Positions 1 through 61,121 of a stretch of 64,000 bases of DNA are shown one piece after another. The stretch spans positions 47,988,001 to 48,052,000 of the forward strand of contig OX597824.1 of the NCBI GenBank assembly GCA_951406725.2, in the 5' to 3' direction. Under the pieces are notes generated by a model, which saw only the letters and a list, made by a program, of their open reading frames with translations, ran no database searches and had not been told where the DNA came from. A program made the position numbers and the translations under genes. The DNA is from Octopus vulgaris (taxonomy: Eukaryota). Within the stretch, counting starts at the first letter, position 1, and every line of letters begins with the position of its first letter.

Positions 1-199
1 ATATATACACGTGTTGTGAGAATAAGTGTGTGAATGTGTGTATGTATATAAATATATGTATGTAATATATATATATACATGTGTTGTGAGCATGTGTGTG
101 TATATATATATACATATATATAAAGTGTGCATATTTTATATGTATACATATACACACACACACACAATTTTATATATATCTATATATATACACATTTAT

Positions 200-282
<83 letters not shown>

Positions 283-283
283 A
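1..283. repeat. (TA)n/(TG)n compound microsatellite, representative of many similar tracts (about 1030, 1332, 5750, 6650, 7650, 10100-10800, 12600-13040, 26260, 27420, 42200)
   Basis: Seen directly; these tracts account for the YIYI/CVCV ORFs in the track. Confidence 0.95.
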
Positions 284-1053
284 ATGCATATGCATGTACA
301 TTTACAACAGCAATTATTCTGATAAATACAAAATACTGCCCTAGACTGCTAGTAGTCCCAAACTTTGTCATCAGCTTAATTTTTGATAGTTGTTTAAAAG
401 AAAGAAGGGGAAACTGCATGGTACCTCGTTCAGTAAAATAAGATTTAAACCCTTGTCATCCGGGGTATGCATGCATTTGCTGCTGCTGTCCCTAGGGGAA
501 AATATGTAGTATTAGATATCTTATCCTAATGCACAATGTTTTTTTTTTCTCATTTTTGTTTTAAAGAACAAAATGTGTTAAAATATTTTAAAATAACTAT
601 TTTAAAGAAAGAACAAACCTAACCATTTTCTATATTGGTCAATGACTCCTAATTTAAATATGTTAACTAGATTTTAAAGTAATTAGAATTTCATTTCTAT
701 ATCAAGGAAGCAAATCTGGAAATTTAAGTTCCATATTTTTAAAAAGAGATAAAGAATGATGCAAGCCTCTTAATAAAAGGATTTAAATATGATTAAAATG
801 AAGGCAGTTAGAACCCTACAACTCTTCTATATAATGAAGAGTTAAATAAAAATTATGGATTCTGTCATGGATACACAGCTACCATAATAATAATAATGAC
901 AAGTGACCAACTTAATTTAACTATGAAACTATCCTTTTCTATCTATATTTTACAATCTTAGCATGCTGATACTGTAACCATTAAGGCTGTGTTTCTTCTC
1001 AAAGAGCATGCATTGCAGATAGTTATGCAATATATATATATACATACATATAC

Positions 1054-1094
<41 letters not shown>

Positions 1095-1329
1095 ATTAAT
1101 GTTTAAGCCAAACAACTCAAATGTGGAACTGGCATGCAAAAGCATGAGATTACAGTTTCTCACACTTCAATTAAAAATAATGAAGTGTATTTTTCTTTAT
1201 TTTTAATGTTGATGCAAGAAAATAATTGCTGTTAGTTTTTATCTCAAAAGTTTAAGAGGATTGAAAAGATTACACTTCCACCTCTTTAGTTACTATGTTT
1301 TGTACACAAATACTATTTCACTACACAAT

Positions 1330-1395
<66 letters not shown>

Positions 1396-4300
1396 CATAC
1401 ACATAGATTAATGTCAACCAGAAATATAGTAAAGCGCTTTTTGTTAAGGTTTTGACATTTGTTACAAGTTCACTATTTAAAGAGTTCAACAATCTAACAA
1501 TAATTATAAAAGAACAATACAAATTATGATGATGCAAGCAACACAATTTGCATAAGGAACTTGTAGTAGTAGCAGCTTTTTTATGACAATACTGAGCTAG
1601 TGTTGACAGGCAAAATTCTACAAATCAACATTTTATTACTGAAAACATTTTGGTTTGGAAGGAAATGCAAATGTAATGGTAAGACAAAACTTTCATTGTT
1701 TTCAGAAACATAGCTGCATTTTCTCAAATAATTTAAACAATTGCCCATTCTGGATGGCCAAGGAGGAAAATAAAAGTTTTGTATTGAAGATATAGAAACA
1801 AAGTGTATATGTTTTTCTCTTCAATTTCTAAATCTGTTTTATTTTCCCTTGAATTTTTGATAAAAAAAATAAAAAGTAATTTCTTGATATTTTTAGAAAG
1901 GCTAATAAACTAGATTAAGTAGTTGCATGGATATAAGATGACCTTTTGAAAAAAACTGATCAGAATTTTCACAGGTTACCGGGTTTAGGCATTTCTTTTT
2001 CAGAATCCAAGAAGATTCTAAGATCAAATGTTTTAAAGATGTGGTGCAATTATATAAAAACAATATAGTTTCTTCTATTAGCTGGGCTAGCAAACAGTGA
2101 GAGTTCCAGAAACATACATTTTGTGATATGTGCAACTTTAACATTTGTAATGACTTATACCCAAAAGCCACAGCTACAATCTGGAAGTGATTATTACAAA
2201 GAGGACATGTGTAGTATGTGGTGTATGTATGTAGTAACCATTGTGCAGAATCCACATAACATTTTTATTAAAATATTTACACAAATTAAATCAGTGGAAT
2301 GAACAACCCCCACACTTATTGTGAAGTGATATTAGCTTTTCCTCAAAATATTTTGCACTGGGAGAAAGGAAAAAAAAATTATTAACATTAATAATGACAC
2401 CAAAAAATAAATGATGACAAGAACAAAATTGGGTGGAAAGAATATTTGTGTAGTGCAGGTTTCATTCATTCAGTAAATAAAATAAAATTTGAAATGCTTA
2501 AGTGAGAGCACTTAATAAGAAATTTAGCAGATTCATCAGTTCATGCAAACCTGAAGAGTGACGTGAGAAAATCAGTCATTCTAGCAGAGTGGCAATAACA
2601 AATAGGGGAGGGGAAATACCAATATTTAAGCTGAATATCAATCTTGTTTCATTTTAATTATTATTATTGAAACAAGATTTATATAGTTTGTAAAATGGAT
2701 AAATTTGAGAGGAGAAATATTAAATCTATTTTTTTAAAATTTGAAGTTGTTTTGTTTTTCCTGACAAGGAAAAAGATATACAAATAAAATTTTAAAAAAT
2801 TCTGTTTTAAAACATTTGATCAGTATTTTTTTAAGTAGAAAATATGACCTAATAGCTTCATATCTATCATAGAGGTAAGGAATTATGCAGGTTTACTCTC
2901 AAAATGATGGTCAAAGTTCTATGGAGACTGAGATGAAGAAATTTACGTTGATAGAATCTTAGGTATCTTTTTTAAAAAATATGCCATTTGCGTTGAAGGA
3001 GAACATTTGACATAAGCTACAGATTGTTTTGCTTATTAGATGAAATAAAATTTATATTCAAAACAAAGAGAAAAGAAAGTTGTCAGTTCACATTTCTATT
3101 ACTTATTATTAACAATTGTTAATTATTAATATAATTAGCAAATATGGAAAACAGTACCATACTACTGTCAGTTTGTGTCCACAGCAAATGACTAATTTGA
3201 GACAAATCATTGATTCAACTATCTTCTTTGCAGAGTAACATTACATAGAACACCTAAAGTAATGAATTAGGATAAATATTAATCACTTCTTTTTTAGGGA
3301 TATGTTACAGGTGAATTATGCCTTCAGATAAAACATCAATTGAACAACAATGAAATAATATTTCAATAATATAGTATTTCTTTTCAATAAACATATAAGT
3401 AAAGAGAAAAACAACATCTCTTACATATCTTCAGAATAACTTTCCATTTAGTGTAAATGGCTTTTTGCAGATATAGCTTACAGATTAGGTTCAGATCATA
3501 ACATTATGTTAAATAGTAGTTGAAAGTGAAAACAAATGACATAGATAACTACACTATTTTGTTTTGACCAAAGCATAATTTATCTGAATTACTAGTTAAT
3601 ATTATCTGAAGATAATATTGAAAACAAACAAACAACCCCCAAAACAAAACCCCAAAAAACATTACCCTGAGAGTTAAGTTATCCCACACATACATACACA
3701 CATACCAACATTCATGCACCAAGCCTTTTAACATGGTTTTAACAGCTTAAATCCATACCCGTTTTGAGTAAAATTAGTTTGGGTAGAAATACTAGTTTAT
3801 ATTAATAGGCAGTTATTGGATCTAAGAGATGTTTAAATATCTAAATGTATAAGATGCTAAATAAAAAAAAAAAGTGACTCATCTGAGAGTGACTGCATAC
3901 AGTCCAAATAATGAAACCATTAAGTCTACTGAAATACATAGCAATCTCCTATAATTTGGGAAAAGTTAGTTACAGCTTTTCTGTTCTATAATTTGGGAAT
4001 TGTAGCTAATATTAGAAAAATATTGTAAAAATAAAATGATTAATTTATTTACCATTGATTTGAATAGATGTAAGAAAGGCATTATATGGAGCTAGATAAA
4101 TATAACAGCAGCAACTGGCTAAATAGATGAAACTAATTACAGCAAAAAAGCCAGAAAAATCTGAACAGAACTAGTTGAATTTCAAATACGACTGGCTATT
4201 TCTTTGATATGTGACTTTTAAGTCCATAATGGTATCTTAAAATTATCAGTAATGCTGGCATTCTGATATAGTGAAACACAATGCACCATTTTGCAGGAAA

Positions 4301-6638
4301 TTATTATTTGTATTTTTTTTTTTTTACTAGAAAGAACATATGACAGGGCAAAGTGGCCTAGTTATGAAATAAGATTTGTTAATGATTAAAGACACAAACT
4401 GTACATAAGAGAAACCTCAAAAGAAGTTTTAGATTTTAGAACCTTCTTTTGCATTATAAATTAGTGCCACATTAAAACCAAACAATTATATAAAACAGCT
4501 ATATTTTGTAAAGTCACACTTTAAATAAAGTTGAAAGAGAAGGTAATAAACTTTGGAAAGAAACAGTTTCTTGAACAATCAAACTAAAATCAACAAACAA
4601 AGGTGACTTATTAAGATCATGACCATGATGATGAAATTAAACAAAATTAGAAGGGAAGTAAATGGTACTGTTTCATATTATTCCCAGTAATATTTTCTAG
4701 GTGATATAGGCAGTCTTCAGACATGATTCTTAGAAAAAAAGTGTCAAGACAGACACTGATTAAAATCAAGTTATATCTATACCAAATAAGAATCACATTC
4801 AGTCAAGTTATATATGTATGTAAAATGCATAGGTATCTCAAGTATCATGTTTACACTGTGAGAAGAGTTGGTGTAGTTATGTATGAATGCTAATAAGATA
4901 ATGAAAAAAAAACAAAACAATACTACAAATTATTATTAACTAGAAGCTTTGCTGCTGAATTAACGTTTATTGCTTAATCGTATTTGCTTTTGGGTTCATA
5001 ATTCTTTATCAGACAGGTTTATTTTTGTCCCCATTGTCACATTGGTAAATTGGGAATTTGGACATGCAGGATTGCGTGTGTATGTCAGTAAGTGAGTGTG
5101 TGTGTGTGTGTTTACTGTTTAAAGATACAAAATATGAACTTCACCAAGTCAAATTATTCTCTGCAGTTCAAAGTGAAGTTCTTTTCCCTAATAAAGTGTG
5201 TCTCAGCAACTGGGAGATTTCAGCATCTATATACCTGGTTTAAATTTGTGTTCATATATTATTTTGACATGTGCTGAAATACTGCACTGGGTGTTGCTGC
5301 CTTGGAAAAAAATGTTTGCATATTCTGAAGAATAACTGACATTCTGTTCATCCAATGCATGTCTGTTTCATATTGACAAGGTATACGCAATGTTGGTTGG
5401 GGTTTTAAGCATAGATGCAGTTCGGTGATTCATTCTTTGAATGGATTGGAGATCAGTTAGAATGTGAGTGGTTGTGCAGGTTAGATAACAGCGTAAGCCA
5501 TACATTGTTATTTGAATAAGAAGATTAGACTTCCACAAATTACCAACATATCAATGAGTACAAAAATAAACTGTGAGATGAAATGCAATTATGCAATTAT
5601 GCTAACGGTTAAGGAATAAATCTGAAATAAGTAATGTGGATTTCAGTCAAAAAGATATCTGTAATGCTGATTTCTTTATGCTGTTACCTTAAATTTTGCT
5701 GTCAATTACATATCTGCAATAACATACTACACATACAATATATTATATATATAAAATGTGTTTGTGTGTATGTATGTATGTATATGTATATATATATACA
5801 CACACATATAATATATATATATGTGATATGTGTATGTATATTATATATATATATATATTTATGTTCTTAGTGTGCTCAACAAAATGCCTCGCTGCATTTG
5901 TTCCCACTCTCAGTACTCTGGCACGGACAACTTTGCCTATCATCTTTTTGGGATGACTAAAAAGAGAGCCAATGCAGGAATTAGTGAACCTGTTAGCAGA
6001 TCACATGAGATGCCTTGTGGTATCTGTTCAGATTCTTGGCATTCTGATAGCAACACCTACAACCACACAGATACTAAGTCTTTTCAATCCAAGTGAGAAC
6101 CTTTTCCTTTGGATAAAAATCAGTGGTATCGAGTGGTAGGACTTGCATGCATGGCCAACTGTCAGTCTTCCTCAAAAAAATAGAAAGAATTTTGTAGAGG
6201 CCAGCATATTCATGTACAGATGAATAGTCAACAATTATTGACAGAGGTCTTATATACACAGGCATGCATATCTAATAAATTATCATTGAGTGAAAGAAAG
6301 GCAGACACCAATGGCCTGTTTCAGAACTTCTGAGGCACATGAGAAGAATTATCCTCGGATCTGCCTCAAATGCTTTCAACACAGTAGAATATACTAAAAC
6401 CATCCAAAGACTAGCTGGTGGTGTTAAACTGACATTCTGAGAACAAGAATGTTCTGTTCCATTGGTTTCTAGACAGTCTCTTTGATCAAATATTCTTCAG
6501 AAGTCTTTGGCTGATCCACGGCTTTGATAGAAGTAGAAGTCACTTCCCCAAGGTACTGTGCAGTGGAACCAAACTTAAAACCACATGGTTGTAAAGCAAA
6601 TTTCTTAAATGCACAGCAGTGTCACCCCTACATATGTA

Positions 6639-6683
<45 letters not shown>

Positions 6684-7647
6684 CACACAGGCACACCTAC
6701 ACACACATATATATATATATATATACACACACACACGTGTATACATACATTCACACAACGTATGATATATTTAATAATTTCATTAATTAAGATCGACTTA
6801 AAACAATTTTATAATTCTAGAAATATAAATAACAAAAAAGACCTCCCCCCCACAAACTAAGAAATGTGAAGATAAAATAATGAAACCATTTCAAGAAAAG
6901 GTTTTGTAAATTGGAGAAAAAGAAGAAAGCAATTAAAAGAACCCCATCAACTAAACCCTAAAACAAAAAGAAAGGGGACTCAATAAAACAAATAACCTTA
7001 AAGGGTGTATGTGCACTGTTGCCAAACCAGGCATGAATGAACTTTAAATAAAAGGAAATGAGGATAAATGATAACTATGTACAGGAAACCAGAAACAATA
7101 TGGAGAGAATCCAGAGTCTATAGCAAGTAAGTTCAGAGAAATAGTAAATATGCATGCAAAGGGATTCCTATGAAACCAATTTTGAAAGAGTTGTGTGTAT
7201 GTGTGTATATGCGTGTGCTTGTGCACACACATTATCGATGTGCATTAAATACATTCAAACACACAACTTTTGGCTAAAATCTTTATAATAAGCACCCCAA
7301 ATCACTTATCAGAAGAGTTATTTAATGACATTTAGGAAGAAAACATATACTAACTTAACTACTTTTACATTTGTAGTTTGTTTGCACTATTTAGCTTAAC
7401 AGAAATGGAATAGCAGCGGTTTGTTAACTTAAATAAAATGACGAACCAGGATAAATTCTAAAAGTTGAATTTATCTTGAGTCACACAGCACAAATCGAAA
7501 ACAAATACTTCACTTGGGCTCATGTAAAGTTACAATTGCATTTAGTTGTTTTAAAGCACTAGATGACATCATACATTTGGAATGTGGAAAGAGCACCAAC
7601 TGAATATCAAAATGTGCATCCTTTATAAACATATAAACACACATTAA

Positions 7648-7687
<40 letters not shown>

Positions 7688-7751
7688 TGTATGTATGTTT
7701 GTGTGTGTATATATATGTATATTTATATTAAATATATATAGATACACATAC

Positions 7752-7799
<48 letters not shown>

Positions 7800-8699
7800 A
7801 TCCACATTCACACACACTATATACAATGTTACCATCATAGACGCTTAGCATTTGTTGATAATACTTCAGAATTGAAAAGCCACATAGTGTTAATTTACCA
7901 CCAATACATAAAGGCTGGCATTAAAAATGTGAAAAGTCAATAGGCTTGACACTGCATTTTTGAATGCATGTCCTCTTCAAGGAACATTTAATGACATAAA
8001 TTAGATGTTTAAAAAACATGCTATCATCGTAATTGTCACATATATATAAAATATGCATGTCATTATGTATATAATATGCATACACATGACACACACACAC
8101 ACACACATATATATGTATATATAAAGATATCATTATGTGCATTATATATATATATATATATATATGATGGTCATTCCTTTGTTGTGATGGGGGGCATGGT
8201 CAAATTACTCTTAGAGTAATACTGTCAGGAATCTACTACTTCAGTAAAGGCTACCCATTGCAGAAAGATCAAGGGAGAGAACCACGAGTGAACATAGCCA
8301 ACCCCTCTTCAAGACCCAACAACAGAACAAGTGAATGTAGACAACAACAAAAGTTGATCTGAATATTGTTGCAACTAGAGGAGAAGGGCAACACCTGACA
8401 GATTGCTTAAGAAGGTACCAACCAAGACAACAACCGAGTTAGCAACAGATCTTTGCAATTCTCCACTTGTTACTGCAGTGTCTCATTGTACATGTATTGC
8501 AGAGGATAGTCTTGAAATCACAGTGTGTGTGTCACTCCTTAGCAAATTAAAATCCACACCACTGGCATTTCTTCCTGCTGATATTTCCTTCAACAGTAAG
8601 AAACTGAAACTCTCAGACACAAGAAGCAGCCACTACTGATAATATATTTGCATATATGTAAAATATATGTCTCCATAATTCTCCTTTTCCTTCTCCTCA

Positions 8700-9460
8700 C
8701 CATCATCATTAAATGTCCATATTCCATGCTGGCATGGGCTTGATGCTTTGACAGGACTGCATTAGGCTCCAATGTCTGCTTATTGCATGGTTTCTATGGC
8801 TGGATGTCTTTCTTGATGCCAGCTACTTTACAGAGTGTACTAGATGCATTTTTGTGACACTAGCATTAGTGAGGTTACCAAGTAAATCCTGAGACAAGAC
8901 TCCATGAATGGGGTGCAATACTGGAGGTAGCTTTTTTTTTGTCAGGGTTGAGTGGCTAAAATATGATAGAAGGAAAGAAACAGGTGCTTTGCTGCAGAGG
9001 AGATACATGGCTACCCCAGCAGGAAAGGGAGACAAGATGGTGGAGATGAAATATTAGAGCACATCCTCAAGTTACATGAAAGTGGAGAAAAGAAGAACAA
9101 GGACAGAGAATATTGAAGATGGTTGGGTGAGTAGGTAGTTTGTGAGTGTGAAAGGTAAGTGACAGATGGTAGAGGTGATTGCAGCTAATGGCCGCTATGG
9201 GTAGAGGGGAACACAAATGTGATTCTCAGTTGGTGGGGGAGGTAAAAAAGGAAAATGGGAGTGGGCCAGGGATGAGGAGGTGATAGGTGGCAGTACATAA
9301 AAAAGTGAGTGGGTGGTGGAGGAGCAACAGTATAATAAAACTGTAGATAGATGAGAAAGAAGATGCACAGTGACAGAGATGGAGGTGAGAGGCACGTAGG
9401 GGTAGATATAGCGAGTGTGACTATATATATAATATGCATTATATATAGGGTCAACATTTG
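8700..9460 (-). mobile_element. Old RTE-tail family copy
   Basis: catcatcattaaatgtccatattccatgctggcatggg start; similar to 32014-32970. Confidence 0.6.
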
Positions 9461-10738
9461 GAATTGAAAGCTCTACCAATCACCAAAACAGCAGAGTACT
9501 AAAGATCACACTAACTCCATCTAGAGCCAGAAGCCAATACTGTAACAGTTTAGTGTATAATATATTGCCAAAAAATTAAGAGTTCTACACTGAGTGGGTG
9601 AAGATGTTTTCAAGAAACATCTGCACTTTTTCATTTCAGATCCAAGAGAAACTTGCAGAAAAAGGAATGCAAATAAAGACAGAATACTCCAACTCCCTCA
9701 TTCATCAAAAACCATTGTGATAATTATTTCTGCTCTTTATGCTTTACATTCACATCCTGCCAAGATCAACCTTGTCTCATCATTCTGGGGGTCGACAAAA
9801 CAAGTAGCAGTACCACTCAAGTGCTGAGGCTGAAGTAAGCTACTACAAATCAGATTCAAGAATGTCTAAAGCAGTCCAACATTTTCCTCAATATTGTTCA
9901 GGTAACACTAACACTTGTGACAGGACATGTGCCAATTTGTATTGGTGAATACCTTTTCCTTGAACAAATTTGGTGACATGCTGCATTGGCAAAATGCTGG
10001 TTTTCCTTAAAACCTATTTCAAGTCATTCAACCTGGAAAGGAAACTTCAGTGTTACCTCACTGCACTCTGCAGACTGAACCATATACGTACAGACTGAAC
10101 CATATATACATACATACATACACACACGCATGCATGCACACATATTGTATATGTATACATATACAATAAGTATGCTTGTGTATTTATGTATTTGTACATA
10201 TATACTCACAAATATTTACATATATACATACACATAAATGCATGTGTGTGTGTGTGTGCATGTGTATATATATATATAGACACACATGCATACACAGATA
10301 CAATACATATGCATGTGTATTTATGTATTTGTACATATATACTCACAAATATATACATATATACATACACATATAAATACAAATGTGTGTATATATACAT
10401 GCACACACAGAGACAATTTTACATATCATATACATACACATATATTACACATAGCTAATCAATGCACATAATTCAGTATTAAATTCACAAACGTTACCTA
10501 TGATAAGGATATTTGTGCTAAAGTTTAAAAGTGATAGAGAATGTTGAAATTCCTTGATTGGAGAAGCTCGCGGTGACTGTTATATTGATATCATCAATAG
10601 TTTTAAGGAAAGGTGCAGATGTAATTTAAAACTAAACAAAGTCATGTCACAAAGAGCATTGTCAATAAATTTAGATTGTGAATTAGATCTGTACTGAGTT
10701 GAAAATCTCACTAAATAAATCACATACATCTGTTTCAC

Positions 10739-10789
<51 letters not shown>

Positions 10790-12337
10790 TATATAAATAT
10801 AATGTGTGCATGTGCATACATACACAAGTACACAGAATGCATACACCCTGCATACACTTTTTCTCATGCATGCAAGTACTTTATATTATAAAAATGAAAT
10901 ATATGCTGCACTACCATGAATGTTCAATGAGTCTGAATAACATGGAACGAAACAGTCTAACTACTGAGGCACGTGATTTGAGGTGATTAAAGAATGAACA
11001 ACCACGGAGAAGGAAAACAGGGAAATTTTGTTAGTGTTTGAAGATCACAAGTCTCATTGTAAATGTTAACCTGACAAAGACCAGAGAAAATGGAATAACA
11101 AGAAATTATTTTCTATTGAGCTATGTCTATCTAAGAAGGGGAGGATTCAATGCTGACAGGATTAAAGTATGTAACAGTTTCTTATACAGAATTTGGAGTT
11201 TTTAAAGGAACGATACCAAAATTTGTAACATTTCATGTCTTTTCCAAAAGGATTGGTGACATAAGTGAAATGAAATAAAGTTCAAACCAGTAATTAAATA
11301 CATGTTTGTATTATACTTGTCACAGATTAAATAATATCGACTGCTTTTGTCTAAGCACAAAGTCCCAAATTTATAGAAGAGCAATAGATGTGATATTCAT
11401 GCCAATCTCAAAGGCATAAATAATACATGTGAAGTGATTATGGACTCAATCAAAAGACTAATGTGGATGTTTGTGTGAGCATATGCACATATGTGTGCGT
11501 GTGTGTGTGTGTGTATGCATATGTGTGTATATACATTTTGTATATATATATATATATATAAACATGTTTTTTGACATTCTATTTTATTTACAATAATATT
11601 GATTACATCTAGTTTCCAACAAGTATGATGTCTGAAATAGCTAACTGGCATGTGTATGTAAGAAAGTGGAATCACTGAAATCTAAGTTGCTTTCTATCAT
11701 TGTGTAGTTGCTGGAGGAAAAATAATATTGTAGTTGGGTCGGGATAGGTTTAATTTTTGTTAATAAATAATCTAGAATGATTTTATCTCCATACCTAAAT
11801 TTCTAGGACTTTTTTTGAAATATTTTTTCTCTCTTTCAATTCAAATACATTTTAAAAGAAAATGAATACTCTGGAATATTGAATAAATATATATTGTTTG
11901 AAGTAGTTTTTATGCTACAAATAGTTTTTGAAATTCCGGTATACTGTCCAACATAAACCAGAGGTGATATATGATGAGGTTGTGTTAGTCAGAGTGAAAT
12001 GTTATAAAGTAAATAATATATGGATAAGGGGTTGATGAATAGAGATTTTTTTTTGAAGGGTATCAAACAATTTTGGGGACAACATAACTTAGTGCTTTAA
12101 ATTAATTCACCACAGTTGTACTAATTAAAAAGGGAAAAATAAAATGTAGAAAATGAACAGGAATAACAACAACAATGATAACAGTAACAAAATAGAGAAG
12201 CAGAGGAAAATAATTTAAGCTAAGAAATGAAAACTGCACACAGACATTGAATATTATGAACCTTGAAAGATAGAGATCAAGAAGAAAAAGAGAAGGGGAG
12301 TTTAGAATTTCTTTCTTCTAAAAAAATTGTCTTTTCT

Positions 12338-58072
<45,735 letters not shown>

Positions 58073-58137
58073 CTAAAAAAAAAAAAAGAAAAAGAAAAAA
58101 AAATGAAATAGAAATGGATATAAATGAAATATACATA

Positions 58138-58530
58138 CAGTAATGTCTTGATATACAAGTTAATTTGTGCCTGGAGACCACTTGTAAAGCAAAAACTTGT
58201 AAAACAGATCAATAATTCTCTATAGTAGTAATGCTATAAATCGTAATTCGTTCCGTTCCCAGAAAAATATTTTACCTATAAAATTTATAATACCCATAAA
58301 TAAATGGCAATAAAACAACAGTAGAGTGTAAAGAATATTTTATGTAAAGTAAAAAGAATGTCAAGATCATTTATAATAAATATTACTATTATAATTGTTT
58401 TCTGAATCACTTTCACTCGCACTAGACTTGTGTATACCATCACTTGCAGACGCAATTGCCAATTCACAAGCACTTGTGGATTTCTTTTTAAAAAACAAGT
58501 CTAGAGTTGTTTACTTGGAAGCATGTGTTG
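58138..58530 (-). mobile_element. Tigger/pogo-like transposon relic
   Basis: TA|cagtaatgtcttgatatacaag terminus; minus-strand peptide K*TTLDLFFKKK resembles the pogo/Tigger C-terminal KQTTLDxFF motif. Confidence 0.55.
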
Positions 58531-59841
58531 ACAACCTCCCAAACCCTCCAAAAAAGAAAAGACACAGACAAAAGAAAATTATATAATTATGAAACTAACT
58601 TGACACTTCAGTGGCAAACAAACTGACTTGAGATTTTATTCTTTTATACCTCAGTAGTCAGGGGCCTGTGGTCATGCTGGGGCACCACCTTGATGCGTTT
58701 AGTTGATCAAATGAAACTCAGTACTTAATTTGAGCCAGATATCTATTCTATCAATCTCTTTTTTTTTTTTTTACCCAACTGTTAAGTCATAGGGAGATGA
58801 ACAAACCAATGCAGCTATCAAGTGGTGAGAGTCAAACACAAACACAGAGAACTGGCTTCCATACACTTCCTTTTACTAAATCACACACAAGGTATTGGTA
58901 GGCTAGAGGCAGAAGAAGACTTGACCAAGATGCTGTGTAGCTGAACTGAACTCCAAACCATATAGTTGAGAAGCACATTTCTTAGCCACCCAGCTATGAC
59001 TGTGAAAGCCATCTGATGAAGCAGAAACAATTACATCATAGAAGTAATTTTGGCCATTTAAGAATACTTCCAAAACTCTAACATTCTTGTTTATTTCTTA
59101 ATGTTTTCCTAATTTTGGCACAACAATTTTGAAGGGTGTAGTAAGTTGATTATAATGGCTCAAATGTGCAACTGGTACTTATTTCATTGATTCCTGAAAG
59201 AATGAAAGGCAAACTAGACCCTGACAGCATGGTTTATTTCTTAATTATATTAACTAAAAGTCAACAAGTTTTATTACACTTTAACACACCTCTACTACTT
59301 CTGGAATAGTAATGGAATCATGTCAGTAACAAGCTGGTAGAAGTGTGACAACTTATTTTTTTACAGTCTTAGAAATCAATAATATCAAAAAAAAATAAAT
59401 GAAAGTGAGCATAACAGATTTTCATGTATCCTTAAATGGTTAAAAAAGCTTTTGATGTAATAAATATTTTTATAAGATAACAAGCTGTGCCAACTCAATA
59501 ATTTTGAGATTATTGGACATATAACAATAGTAGCAAGCTACCAAGTTTTAATAAATTAAGAAGACAAATTATGCAAGGAGAAAATAGATCAAAGGAAAAT
59601 ATAAAATTCTTCTTCCATTTCAACATTGTTACCTAGAAACTCTAGAAAATATGGTGCAAACAGTCTGACATATGTATCTGATCTGGTTGAATCAGCATTA
59701 GTCTCCAAAATGCCAAATTTCCTTTGTCTGCTATATCTAAACCATCTCTGCAATGTTTTGGTTTATTTATGTTATAAAATTTACATTGTCACATTGAAAA
59801 GTGGGACAGATAGAGATTTTTCACCCTCTCTCTCTCTAATA

Positions 59842-61089
59842 TCAGGTTGAATAAAAAGTAAGCAACACTTTGAACCGTGAAGTATTTGTACCGGATTTTT
59901 GCAAAGTTTTGAATTTTTTTAAATAATATTTTGCAATTGCCTGATAATACAGATATAGACCTGCCCAAATGCATCAATAAATTAACATTGATATTTTTTT
60001 TCACCATTGTTACAATCATCTGAAATGGAGCTGTCAAAGTGCGATATTTGAGCAATTTTGCTATTCAACTTCAAAAAAGGACAAAGCAACTGAAACTGCT
60101 CGTGATATCAATGAAATGTTTGGTGAGGAAACAACCAGTGAGTAGTCAGCTTGAAAAGGGTTTAAACGATTTCGCAGTGGACACCTGAGATTTGAAGATC
60201 GTGAGTGTAGTGGATGCCTATCTGTCATCGATGATGGTCAATTAAAGACTGTCATTGAGAAAGATCCATGTAAACCACTCGAGAACTGACAAAACCATAT
60301 GCATGTGATTGGAAAATCAAAAAGGCTCGGAAAATGGGTACCACACGATTTGAATGAAAATCAGAAAATGTGCAGATATGAGATTTACTCGTCACTTCTT
60401 TTCCATAACCAGACTGATCCATTTCTCAACCATATTGTAACTTGTGATGAAAAGTGGATTCTGTACAATGATAAAAAACGTTCTTCACAGTGGTTGGACC
60501 AAATTGAAGCACTGAAAACCTGCCATAAACCTGAGCTCTTTAAAAAGAAGATTATGGTGACTGTTTGGTGGTGTACTGCTGGACTCATCCACTATAACTT
60601 TTTAAAACCCAGAAAAACCATTACTGCAGAAACATTGCCATGAAATTGCCAAAATTAAAAAAAACTGCTACTTCTCCGTCCCAGACTGGTCAACAGAAGA
60701 GGACCAATCATTCTTCATGACAATGCTCAACCACACATTTCACTAATGATGCTCCAGAAATTGAGGGAACTCGGCTATGAAGTTCTTCTCCACCCAGCTT
60801 ATTCCCCAGACCATTCTCCTACTGACTATAACTCTTTCAAGCACCTTGATGGTTTCCTGCAAGAGAAAGTGTTTAAAAGTCAAACTGATGCTGAACGTGT
60901 GTTCAAAAAGTTCATCAGCTCCAGAACTCCAGATTTTTATGTTACCGGAATAAACAAACTTGTAACTCATTGGCAAAAGTGTGTTGATTGTAATGGTACT
61001 TGCTTTGATGAATAAAATTGCTGTATTGTTGAAATATATTGTGATGAATTTCATGATTCAAAACGTTGCTTACTTTTTACTCAGCCTGA
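59842..61089 (+). mobile_element. Full-length (1248 bp) mariner (DD34D) DNA transposon with a disrupted transposase
   Basis: TA-flanked TIRs: left tcaggttgaataaaaagtaagcaac, right (reverse complement) tcaggctgagtaaaaagtaagcaac. Motifs WVPHDL, IVTCDEKW, HDNA and HPAYSPDHSPTDY are split across ORFs 60299-60643 and 60746-61015 by frameshifts and stops. Confidence 0.95.
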
Positions 61090-61121
61090 TATATATGTGT
61101 TAATGTGTGTATGTGTGGAAA

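Noticed and set aside
1902-2255. 117-aa minus-strand ORF
   Set aside because: No recognisable motif, non-ATG start, no convincing splice signals; compatible with a chance ORF in UTR or intergenic DNA.
59005-59056. CTGATGA...GAAA hammerhead-like core (similar partial cores near 38806 and 63142)
   Set aside because: Helix I/III pairing and the NUH cleavage triplet cannot be completed in any of them.
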